Origin: an uncultured Verrucomicrobiota bacterium
Lineage (GTDB): Bacteria > Verrucomicrobiota > Kiritimatiellia > RFP12 > UBA3636
Length of the DNA: 27,020 nucleotides
Direction of reading: 5' to 3'
NCBI GenBank assembly: GCA_946534745.1
Contig: CAMNDA010000338.1
Span: forward strand, 1-27,020
Shown here in pieces: positions 8,194-16,227 of this stretch. A program made the position numbers and the translations under genes. The notes beneath the pieces are model-generated. The model worked only from the letters and a program-made list of their open reading frames with translations. It made no database searches and had not been told where the DNA came from. Numbering within the stretch: position 1 is the stretch's first letter; every line of letters begins with the position of its first letter.

Positions 8194-9066
8194 ATGAGCA
8201 CGTGGACGAAGCTGCGCGACAAGGCGCTTCGCAGGATCGTCACCCTTCTCGGGCTCGGCAAGGGTTCCGCATCTGCGACTCCCGCCGCTGGCGAACCATC
8301 CTCCGTTTCTGCGATCAGCCTCGCCGGGCTCGCCGTCCCCGAGTGGGACAAGTGCACCCGCGCATCCTGCTGGGGCGGAACGAACGCCTCGGTGCGGATC
8401 ATGAACTGCCTCTCGCCGAAGATGCCGGATTCGGTGTTCAAGGAGCGTGTCGCCTGGACGAAGGCCCGCGGCGCGAATACGATCCATCTGTTTTTGGTGA
8501 ACAAGGGCGACGGCGAGTATTCCGGGTACTCGCCGTGGGGCGTCGGCAAGAAGCCGAACGCCGGCGAGACCGACGCGGCGACCGTCCGCACGATGCGCGA
8601 ACGCCTCTACTACTGCCACAAGCAGGGGCTCGCCGTCGTGATCTGGCTTCAGGCGGACGACTCCGCTGACTGGGCCCGCGCCCTCGCGTCGAACGCGGAC
8701 CGGTGCGTCGCGCGCATCGTCGAAGCGGGACTCTTCGGGGTCGCCTCGACCGTCGTGGCCGGCCTGGAGATGGATGAATATTGGAATGCGACGCACGCCC
8801 GCGCGGTCGTGTCCGCGATTCGGGCCCATTACCACTACAAGGTTGGCACGCATCACACGGGCGGCAAGACGACGTTCGCCTCGCTCGGCGACATCCTCTT
8901 CTACCAGGTCGAGCCGGGCCGAAGCGCGGCGCAGATCAAGGCCGATACGAAGGCGGCGCTCAAGACCGGAAAGCCGGTGAACTTCTTCGAGCTCGCGCGA
9001 GGCCCGGCCCGCGATCTCTGCGAGGCGGCCTTCTCGGCCGGTGCGTTCGGCGTGGGGAACTGGTAA
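8194..9066 (+). CDS. Putative TIM-barrel glycoside hydrolase (clan GH-A/GH5-like), 290 aa
   Basis: 'WTKARGANTIHLFL' resembles the GH5 GxNxxR strand; 'LYYCHKQGLAVVIWL'; acidic 'GLEMDEY' (8761-8781); 'GKPVNFFEL' resembles the KPvxxxE nucleophile strand (8971-8991). Confidence 0.5.
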   Translation: MSTWTKLRDKALRRIVTLLGLGKGSASATPAAGEPSSVSAISLAGLAVPEWDKCTRASCWGGTNASVRIMNCLSPKMPDSVFKERVAWTKARGANTIHLFLVNKGDGEYSGYSPWGVGKKPNAGETDAATVRTMRERLYYCHKQGLAVVIWLQADDSADWARALASNADRCVARIVEAGLFGVASTVVAGLEMDEYWNATHARAVVSAIRAHYHYKVGTHHTGGKTTFASLGDILFYQVEPGRSAAQIKADTKAALKTGKPVNFFELARGPARDLCEAAFSAGAFGVGNW

Positions 9067-9067
9067 G

Positions 9068-9796
9068 ATGGACTCGTGGGGCCGTTTCACGCACAAGGCC
9101 GCGCTTCTGTACTCCGGCTACAAGGATCGTGTTCCCGGCTTCAGGGCGGAGCTTGCGCGCGTCGGGGTCGATGGGTACGTCCCGTTCTGGGGCTGCACGA
9201 ACCCCTACGAGCGTCTGCTTGAGAACCTGACGCCGCACAAGAGGGGCTGCGTCGGAGGCTACTTCAACACGTCGCTCAAGCATCACGCCGTCGTGAAGAC
9301 GGCCTACGAGCTCGGCGCGGAGAACGTCCTCGTCTTCGAGGATGACGTCCGGTTCCTGAACCGCGTGAGCGTCGTCCTCGAAGCCGTCAATTCGCTTCCG
9401 GACGACTACGACGCCGCGCTCTTCGAGTGGACGCCGATGCCGGCCGCCGCGGCTCCCGAGTTCCATGCCGAGGTCGCGGCGATCCGGGCCGACGTCGTGA
9501 ACGGGGCCTGGTGCCGGGCGAGGCGCTTCTACTCGATGGCCGCCTACGCGGTGAGCCGCCGGATGATGGAGCGCCTGATCGACTGCTACGAGCGCCCCGC
9601 GCACGGCGTCGCGAAGCTCCGCGTCTGCGACCACTACTGGTCGCGCATTCTCGAGGCCGACCCGTCGCTCAACGCGTACGTGTCGCGGAGGAACGTCTGC
9701 ATCCAGGCCTGTCCGCAGGGGAACACGCCGATGGAGCTGATGCGGGCGAAGTACGACGGGATGGGCGTCGACCGCGGGGAGTACGCGCCGTGGTGA
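9068..9796 (+). CDS. Glycosyltransferase family 25-like protein, 242 aa
   Basis: 'NTSLKHHAVVKTAYELGAENVLVFEDDVRF' matches the GT25 SH...(L/I)(I/V)xEDD motif (EDD at 9338-9346); later 'FYSMAAYAVSRRMMERLI' and 'CDHY'. Confidence 0.75.
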   Translation: MDSWGRFTHKAALLYSGYKDRVPGFRAELARVGVDGYVPFWGCTNPYERLLENLTPHKRGCVGGYFNTSLKHHAVVKTAYELGAENVLVFEDDVRFLNRVSVVLEAVNSLPDDYDAALFEWTPMPAAAAPEFHAEVAAIRADVVNGAWCRARRFYSMAAYAVSRRMMERLIDCYERPAHGVAKLRVCDHYWSRILEADPSLNAYVSRRNVCIQACPQGNTPMELMRAKYDGMGVDRGEYAPW

Positions 9797-10578
9797 TCGA
9801 TGTGCTCTACACCCTCGGGCCTGCGGAATGCTCGGCGGGCGGGGCGAACCGGGAGCTCCGGTGGTCGCTCCGCTCGCTCGCAAAGTACGGCCGGAACGTC
9901 GGGCGCGTCGTGGTCGTTGGCTACCCGCCCGACTGGCTGTCCGACGAGGTGGTCCGCCTGCCGGTCGAGCGCCCGGCCGATCTCGAGAAGGACGCCGTCA
10001 TCTTCCATAACGTGATGGCGGCGATCGATGCGGGGGCCGTGTCGGGCCGGTTCCTGCTCTCCTCGGACGATCATTTCCTCTCGGCGCCGTTCGACATGGA
10101 GCGGACGCCGCTCTGGCAGCGCAAGAACAACTTCATCCCGACCTACGCGGAATGCCGAGGCGGCGACGGCTACCGGCGCGTGCTGGACCAGACGAGGCGC
10201 GTGCTGCTCGCTTCCGGCTACGGGATCGTGAAGTGCAATCCGCACCGGAACACGCTCTGCGACTCGCGCTGCGCCCCCGAACTGGAACGCCTGCTCGCAA
10301 CGGCGCCGGCTCGGAACGTCGGGATCGAGTTCAACTGCGCGATGGGTAACGTGATGCACGCCGTGTTCGGGCTTCCGTTCGAGCGGATGCACGACTGGAA
10401 GGTTCCGGCGTTCGATCCGCGTGCCGTCGAGGCCGGCGCCTTCTCCATCCGGGATCGCGCTCTGGCCGATCCGAAGCTTCTCGCATGGTTCGCCGCCGAG
10501 TTCGGCGAGCCGTGCAGGTACGAAAAACGCGGCGGCGGCCTGTTGCCGCCTTGGTCGGTCTCCGGTACCGCCGCGTAG
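9793..10578 (+). CDS. Stealth-family-like (CR2) sugar-1-phosphate transferase, 261 aa
   Basis: GTGA overlap; 'IDVLYT', 'ELRWSLRSLAKYGRNVGRVVVVGYPPDWL' (from 9853) and 'FLLSSDDHF' (10051-10077) match Stealth conserved regions. Confidence 0.75.
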   Translation: MIDVLYTLGPAECSAGGANRELRWSLRSLAKYGRNVGRVVVVGYPPDWLSDEVVRLPVERPADLEKDAVIFHNVMAAIDAGAVSGRFLLSSDDHFLSAPFDMERTPLWQRKNNFIPTYAECRGGDGYRRVLDQTRRVLLASGYGIVKCNPHRNTLCDSRCAPELERLLATAPARNVGIEFNCAMGNVMHAVFGLPFERMHDWKVPAFDPRAVEAGAFSIRDRALADPKLLAWFAAEFGEPCRYEKRGGGLLPPWSVSGTAA

Positions 10579-10590
10579 AATGGAGGGCCG

Positions 10591-11301
10591 ATGAACGCAC
10601 AACAGGCGAGAATCGCGAAGATCATCGCGGAAGCGGTGAAGAACTACGTGAAGGAGGACCAGCGGGCGGACTACCCCCTGCCTGGCGAAGTGTCCGTCGT
10701 GGTGAAGAGCCGGAAGGTCGCTTCCCTCGTGCGGTCTCCCTACACGACGAAGGACGGCTCTCTCACCGTCGAGCCGGTGGACGAGCGGCGCGTGCGCCTC
10801 GTGGCGCACAAGTTCGTGCGCTGCGGGCTCTGGAACGGGCCGGACGCGATCCCGAACAACACGCTTCGCGGGATGCTCGCGTCGCTCTACCACGACCTGA
10901 TCTGGGTGCACGCCGCCGAGCTGGCCGCCGCGTGGGGCTGCACGGAGCTGGAGATCCTGCGCTGGGGCGGCGACGTGCTCTTCCTCGTGTGGGTGTGGGC
11001 GAGCAGGGATTCGTGGTGGGGGCGCCGCGAGGCGTGGCTCGCTTTCCAGGTCACGGACTTCGCCGCTCCGTTCTACCACCGGCTTCTCCCGCGCGTGAAG
11101 AAGGCCGTCGGCGCCACCGTTCTCGCGCTTCTCTGCTCCGGCTGCACCGGGTGCTACTCGCTCCCGGACGGCGAGGTCGAGAGCGTCGACGGCGTCGAGG
11201 TCGTGCGGCAGGTGATGCAGGACTACGGAAACGGGCTTGGTCCCGGCCCGCAGGAAAAGGGACCAAGTTCCGGGGACCAAGCTTCGGAGGAGACAAAATG
11301 A
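10591..11301 (+). CDS. DUF1353-like phage protein with C-terminal lipoprotein-like extension, 236 aa
   Basis: GGAGG RBS; 'WNGPDAIPNNTLRGMLASLYHDLIW' resembles the DUF1353 WDG/TD..AS..HD motif; later 'WWGRREAWLAFQVT'; C-terminal 'KKAVGATVLALLCSGC'. Confidence 0.55.
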   Translation: MNAQQARIAKIIAEAVKNYVKEDQRADYPLPGEVSVVVKSRKVASLVRSPYTTKDGSLTVEPVDERRVRLVAHKFVRCGLWNGPDAIPNNTLRGMLASLYHDLIWVHAAELAAAWGCTELEILRWGGDVLFLVWVWASRDSWWGRREAWLAFQVTDFAAPFYHRLLPRVKKAVGATVLALLCSGCTGCYSLPDGEVESVDGVEVVRQVMQDYGNGLGPGPQEKGPSSGDQASEETK

Positions 11302-11756
11302 GCGAAGAGCAGCACCACAACCTGCAGGAAAAGATCGACTCGGAGGAGTTCTCAACCCTGATGGCCGAGATCGGCAGTTCGCACACCGACCCGAAGGACA
11401 AGGACCGCCAGCGCGAGCTCCTCGGAGCCGGCTACCGCAACTTGAACGGCGACCCGATGGAAGAGAAGGTTCGGCTCCTCGCCCGCACGGACTGGACGCA
11501 GATCAAGTTCATGCTCGCCGAGGCGTCCCGGATGAACCGGGTGATCCGCACTCTCGAAGAGATCAAGGCGAAGCTCGAAGGCCAGGCCGGTGCGGCTCCC
11601 GCCGCTCCTGCGTCGTTCGCCGCCCGGCTGTTCGACTTCCTCAAGTCCGCGAAGACCGAGATCGCAACGGTGATCTGCTTCGCGATCTTCTTCCCGAACG
11701 GCGCTGCCGTCCTGAAGACTCTCTCGGCGATGGTTTCCGGAGGGGCGCAGCCGTGA
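11298..11756 (+). CDS. Coiled-coil protein with C-terminal hydrophobic segment (holin-like candidate), 152 aa
   Basis: GGAGGAG RBS and ATGA overlap; C-terminal 'IATVICFAIFFPNGAAVLKTLSAMV'. The holin role is inference only. Confidence 0.55.
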   Translation: MSEEQHHNLQEKIDSEEFSTLMAEIGSSHTDPKDKDRQRELLGAGYRNLNGDPMEEKVRLLARTDWTQIKFMLAEASRMNRVIRTLEEIKAKLEGQAGAAPAAPASFAARLFDFLKSAKTEIATVICFAIFFPNGAAVLKTLSAMVSGGAQP

Positions 11757-12073
11757 GCGCCCGGAAGCCGGACAAGGACGCCGTCCGCACGCAGGATGAC
11801 GTCGACGAGGCCGAGCGCGCCCTCCTCGAGGCCCGTCACGCGCGCGACAAGGCGCTCGTGGCGAAGATCGTTTCCGCGATCTCCCTCGCGGACCTCGTGG
11901 TCGCCGGCGTGCAGTTCTCTCCGGCGTGGACCTACGACTACCAGGCCAAGTGCCAGAAGGTGCTGGATGCGGAACGGGACGTCGCGGCGAAGACCAGTAC
12001 GCTGAAGCGCACGATCCAGAAATGCAAGGCCTCCCGCGGAATCGCAGACGACGCGGACGGCGAGGAGGAATAG
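11753..12073 (+). CDS. Hypothetical helical protein, 106 aa
   Basis: GTGA overlap; fills the gap to the next gene; GC3-biased codons. Confidence 0.65.
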   Translation: MSARKPDKDAVRTQDDVDEAERALLEARHARDKALVAKIVSAISLADLVVAGVQFSPAWTYDYQAKCQKVLDAERDVAAKTSTLKRTIQKCKASRGIADDADGEEE

Positions 12074-12076
12074 CCG

Positions 12077-15000
12077 ATGCCCGATCCGATCCGCAAGGCG
12101 CTCCAGGATGCGAAGGTCCGCGTCCCCGATACGTCCCGCCGCGAACGGCCGTTCGAGCCGACCTGGAACGAGTACTCCGTACTCGCCTACGACGGGCTCA
12201 TGCCGACGCAGATCGTCCGGCGCCTCACGGAGCAGGACGGAATCGACCGGTGGGAGGCGACTGCGCTTCCGTTCCGCGCCGACGCGCGCCCCGATACGGA
12301 CGATCGCCGAAACGACGGGGTGCCGTTCCTGCCGAACGATCCGCGGCGCTACGTGGACGAGCGCCGCTACGTCGTCGACCCGATGGTCGGGAAGCACCGC
12401 TTCCTCGGCCTCTGGACCGGCGGACCGGTGCGGATGACGACCGACAAGCGCGGCGGCGGCCGCGAGGTCACGCAGGTCCTCACGCGCACGTTCTGCGCCG
12501 GCCACGGCTACACGACCGACGCGAGCGGCAACTACGTCGCCGCGTTCACGGACGACGGCGGCGCGACCTTCCACGACGAGTCGGGCGCCCCGATCGAGGC
12601 CTCGAAGGTCCGCGAGTACCTCTCCGCGGATGACGCGCTTCGATTCCATCGAGCGGCGCTCGGCTCGCGGCTCTCGCCCTACATGCTTCTTCGGAACGAC
12701 TTTCCCGCGGCCTACACGCGCGAAGTCCAGTGGCGCGAGTTCACACATGAAAGCATCGCGTTCCTCGATCCGCTCGGGCTTCTTCCGGAGAACCGCGGCC
12801 GGCTCTCGGCCATCGTCGGCGAGAAGTTCAAGCAGCTTGCCGGCGAATCGGTGACGAACGCCGCCTGCCGCGTGGACGCCGAGACGAACACCGTGATCTT
12901 CACGGCCGCGCTCACCTACTCCAAGCTCGGCGAGCCGGAGTCCCCCGAGGACCTGCTCCGCCTTCCGTGCCTGGAGACGTGCGACCGCGACACGCTCCGG
13001 ATGTTCGGCTGGAACCAGCTTGAGAACGGCGAGGGCTACAAGTACACGCACCTCTTCCGCTGGCCGCGGCTCAGGGACACGCCCGAGGTCCGGCTCGCGC
13101 TTGAATTCGTCCGGGACAATGCCCCGACGGCCGACATCTACGCGGAGGTCGAGGACGGTTCCGATTCCGACTCCGATCCGGATAGCGTGCTTCTCGTCCC
13201 GGCATCCGAGAGCTTCGTCCTTGCGCTCCTGCGCCGGCATGGCCTGCTGCCCGGACCGGACGGCAGAACCGCCTGGTTCGGCTCTCCGCCCTACGAGACG
13301 CGCAGCGCGGTCGAGAAACGGGACGACCAGCTGGACGCCACCGGCCGCCTCGTCACGAGCGCGGCCGCCATGTCGCACACCGTGACGACCGCGCCCGGCG
13401 GCGAGAAGACCTCGACGCCCTCGACTGCGGACGTCCCCGTCCAGACGTACCGCATTGCAAAGCAGCGTATCGAGCCGGACCAGGACGGCTCCATCTCCTT
13501 CGTGATCGCGCTCGCCAAGACCGAATGGCACGGCGGCGACGACGGCCGGAACTGGGAGGACGTGGACGCGAACGGCCGGCACGGATCGCGCGTCCTCGCC
13601 GGGGTCTCCGCCCCGCAGGGCTACGGGAAGACCGAGCAGCGCGTCGTCCCGGCCGTACCGCGCCAGAACGCGATCCCGACGATGGCCGGGATCGAGCCGA
13701 CCGACCCCTACGACCTCGTCGTCGAGAAGCGCCAGACCGAGGGCCAGGAGGGCTCTTCCGACGTTTCCTTCCAGAAGCGCCGGCTCTACAACTTCGTCGA
13801 CCCGGAGCATACGCCCGAGGGCATTCAGAACGTCGACGGCAATCCGTTCAACGCCACGAGCTACCATTTCGACCCGAACTCTAACACTTATAATTTGGGC
13901 TGGACCTACGTCGCTCCGAAGGATCTCCAGAAGCTCGTTGATTCCGTCCGTGCGAAGCTCGGAGGCAATCCGATCGTCCAGACGGAGTGGCACACGGAGG
14001 GGTATTACTCCGTCCGCATCCGCGCGAAGGGCAAGGAACCGAAGCACGTCCGCGAATGGTGCGTCTCGGCGGACTGGTACAAGCACCAGACGCTCGAACA
14101 GTGGATCGGCGTCACGGTCGAGACGGAAGGTTCCGACTCCGACTCGGACGGCGACGGCGAAATCATCGGCTTCTACTCGAAGTACGAACGCAACGCCGAC
14201 GGCTCCTACAAGCTCGACGACCACGGCAACCTGATTCCGGTTCCGGGTTCGCTCGTTTTGTTCGCCGCGATCCGCGGCGACCTCGACGCGAACTGGATGG
14301 GCAGCGATCCGCAGGCCATCGGCGAAGGCCCTCGGCGCCCGACCGTGTACGCGTCGACCGGCGTCGCGAACGCCCACACGGAGAACCTCGCCCCGGAGCA
14401 CGAGGACGAGCACGGCGACGGATGGAGCGGCGACGACTGGTCCGACCCGGACTACGGCGACGGCGAGGATTCGGCCGGCGACGCCGAGGACAAGACGCGC
14501 TCGCATTCCATCGCGCAGGTGTCGCCCCGCCGCAACGAGGACGGCTCCTACGACATTTCCATCACCCGGACGTACCCGCACCAGCGCTACTGGGAGTACG
14601 TCCTTCCGGCGATGGACCAGGACGGCGACGAGTACCTCGCCTTCCACATGGCCTACCGGAACTGGGCGAGCAGAAAGGCGATCCGGGCCGACATCGTCTC
14701 CCGCGTCAAGGCGTGCGTGGCGAAGCTGGCGGCCGAGGCCGGCGGGAGCGCCTGGGACTGGAGCGACGGATGGGCGATCCGCGGCGGGTTCTCTGTGAAC
14801 CAGTTCGGCCTCGTCGACGCTCCCGGCATCACGCTCGTCCCGACGAAGAGCAACGGCAAGGCCCGCGTTGCCCGCGCCCGGACTATCACGGACCACCGCG
14901 AGTTCGTCATCGAGCACCCCGTCCGCACGACGCGCGCCCCGAAGGGCCGCGACCCGATGAAGGTGCCGGACAACGGCTACTGGGAGCGCGTCGACAAGTG

Positions 15001-15316
15001 GCATGTCTCGGAGGGCTTCACGACGAGCTCGGCGGAGGCCGCGCGCGTCGCGAACTGCACCTTCTTCACCGACCTCGGTGGCGACGGCAAGATGCACGAG
15101 GGGTCGAAGGGCGTCTGGAACTGCAACAACCGCCACGGCGTCCAGTCGAACTGGAAGTGGTACGTCGTGTTCTACGTCGAGGAAGGCACGTGGGACGGCG
15201 ATTCCACGCAGGGTTCCGACGGCAACAACAGCCAGGTCGACTCCGGCGGCAACGGCGGCGGCCGCGAAGGCGACAACACGACGCCGTCCGGCGGAAGCGG
15301 AGGAGGCGGGGCGTGA
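12077..15316 (+). CDS. Large probable tail structural protein, 1079 aa
   Basis: Long ORF with strong codon bias; GAGGAGG upstream; beta-strand-like, Trp/Tyr-rich, acidic insertions; lies between the fibre/lysis-like genes and the internal virion genes. Function inferred from position. Confidence 0.7.
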   Translation: MPDPIRKALQDAKVRVPDTSRRERPFEPTWNEYSVLAYDGLMPTQIVRRLTEQDGIDRWEATALPFRADARPDTDDRRNDGVPFLPNDPRRYVDERRYVVDPMVGKHRFLGLWTGGPVRMTTDKRGGGREVTQVLTRTFCAGHGYTTDASGNYVAAFTDDGGATFHDESGAPIEASKVREYLSADDALRFHRAALGSRLSPYMLLRNDFPAAYTREVQWREFTHESIAFLDPLGLLPENRGRLSAIVGEKFKQLAGESVTNAACRVDAETNTVIFTAALTYSKLGEPESPEDLLRLPCLETCDRDTLRMFGWNQLENGEGYKYTHLFRWPRLRDTPEVRLALEFVRDNAPTADIYAEVEDGSDSDSDPDSVLLVPASESFVLALLRRHGLLPGPDGRTAWFGSPPYETRSAVEKRDDQLDATGRLVTSAAAMSHTVTTAPGGEKTSTPSTADVPVQTYRIAKQRIEPDQDGSISFVIALAKTEWHGGDDGRNWEDVDANGRHGSRVLAGVSAPQGYGKTEQRVVPAVPRQNAIPTMAGIEPTDPYDLVVEKRQTEGQEGSSDVSFQKRRLYNFVDPEHTPEGIQNVDGNPFNATSYHFDPNSNTYNLGWTYVAPKDLQKLVDSVRAKLGGNPIVQTEWHTEGYYSVRIRAKGKEPKHVREWCVSADWYKHQTLEQWIGVTVETEGSDSDSDGDGEIIGFYSKYERNADGSYKLDDHGNLIPVPGSLVLFAAIRGDLDANWMGSDPQAIGEGPRRPTVYASTGVANAHTENLAPEHEDEHGDGWSGDDWSDPDYGDGEDSAGDAEDKTRSHSIAQVSPRRNEDGSYDISITRTYPHQRYWEYVLPAMDQDGDEYLAFHMAYRNWASRKAIRADIVSRVKACVAKLAAEAGGSAWDWSDGWAIRGGFSVNQFGLVDAPGITLVPTKSNGKARVARARTITDHREFVIEHPVRTTRAPKGRDPMKVPDNGYWERVDKWHVSEGFTTSSAEAARVANCTFFTDLGGDGKMHEGSKGVWNCNNRHGVQSNWKWYVVFYVEEGTWDGDSTQGSDGNNSQVDSGGNGGGREGDNTTPSGGSGGGGA

Positions 15317-16227
15317 CCGAACAGGAGCGCATCGCCCGTCTGGAGGAGGACCTCCGGCGTTCGGCCGAGCGGGAGCGCGAGCTCTCCGCCCGGCTCGACG
15401 AATTTTCCCGGCGACTGGACGAATTGGCGGAGGAGAAGGCGGATTCCGTCTTCGCCGAGGGCGACGTGGCGGACGGCGAGAACGGCGGCGTCGAGCCGCT
15501 CTTCGAGATGCCGGATTCCGTCAACGCGGCGCAGGCGCGGTTCTTCGTGTCGCCGGACGAGGTCCTCACGCAGGGCGCCGGCGTAAAGCGCAAGAGTCTC
15601 TCCCTCACGCCGGAGACGGACGGCGGAATGCAGATCCACGAGTTCGACGACGCGCCGAAGGCCGGCGTCCTCAAGGTGATGCGCAAGCGGTCCAGCAACA
15701 AGCTCGTCCTCGCGGATCCCGACGAGAAGTGCGGCCGGCGCAAGTGGATGGTCCCCCTCCGCCGCGAGGACGGGGACAAGGAGATCAAGTGGGTCATCCT
15801 CGGCGAGGACTCGGACTCGGATTCGGACTCGGATTCCGACGACGACCTGGAGGACGCGTACGTCGTCCCGTCGGTCGACCCGCCCTGCCCTCCGACCATT
15901 TCGGCCGCGTTCGGCACGGGAGCGGACGAGGGGTACGTCGTCCTGACGATCCAGAACTACAGGCGCGTGAACGGCGAGTGCGAGCCGGACGGCCCGGCGC
16001 AGGTGACGCGCATCCCGATCAACCAGTTCGAGCTCGACTGCGAGGCCGTCCGCGCGTGCCTCTCCGGCGGATCGGGGAGCACGACGGGGATGCAGCAGGT
16101 CGAGGTCCTGACGGGCTTCGACCCGACGACGTACAAGTTCTCCACCGCCGTCCTGAACTACTACGGCGCCGCGCCCGTCGCCGGCAACCCGATCCAGTTC
16201 CCGACCACGACCTGCGAGGAGTCCTGA
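15313..16227 (+). CDS. Hypothetical virion protein: N-terminal coiled coil, SD tract, Cys-containing C-half, 304 aa
   Basis: GGAGG upstream and GTGA overlap; MTEQERIARLEEDLRRSAERERELSARLDEFSRRLDEL coiled coil. Confidence 0.75.
   Translation: MTEQERIARLEEDLRRSAERERELSARLDEFSRRLDELAEEKADSVFAEGDVADGENGGVEPLFEMPDSVNAAQARFFVSPDEVLTQGAGVKRKSLSLTPETDGGMQIHEFDDAPKAGVLKVMRKRSSNKLVLADPDEKCGRRKWMVPLRREDGDKEIKWVILGEDSDSDSDSDSDDDLEDAYVVPSVDPPCPPTISAAFGTGADEGYVVLTIQNYRRVNGECEPDGPAQVTRIPINQFELDCEAVRACLSGGSGSTTGMQQVEVLTGFDPTTYKFSTAVLNYYGAAPVAGNPIQFPTTTCEES
15808..15846 (+). repeat. Ser-Asp dipeptide tract (DSDSDSDSDSDDD); shorter copies at 442-465, 13157-13186 and 14129-14161
   Basis: GACTCG/GATTCG hexamer run, read directly from the sequence. 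Confidence 0.9.
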
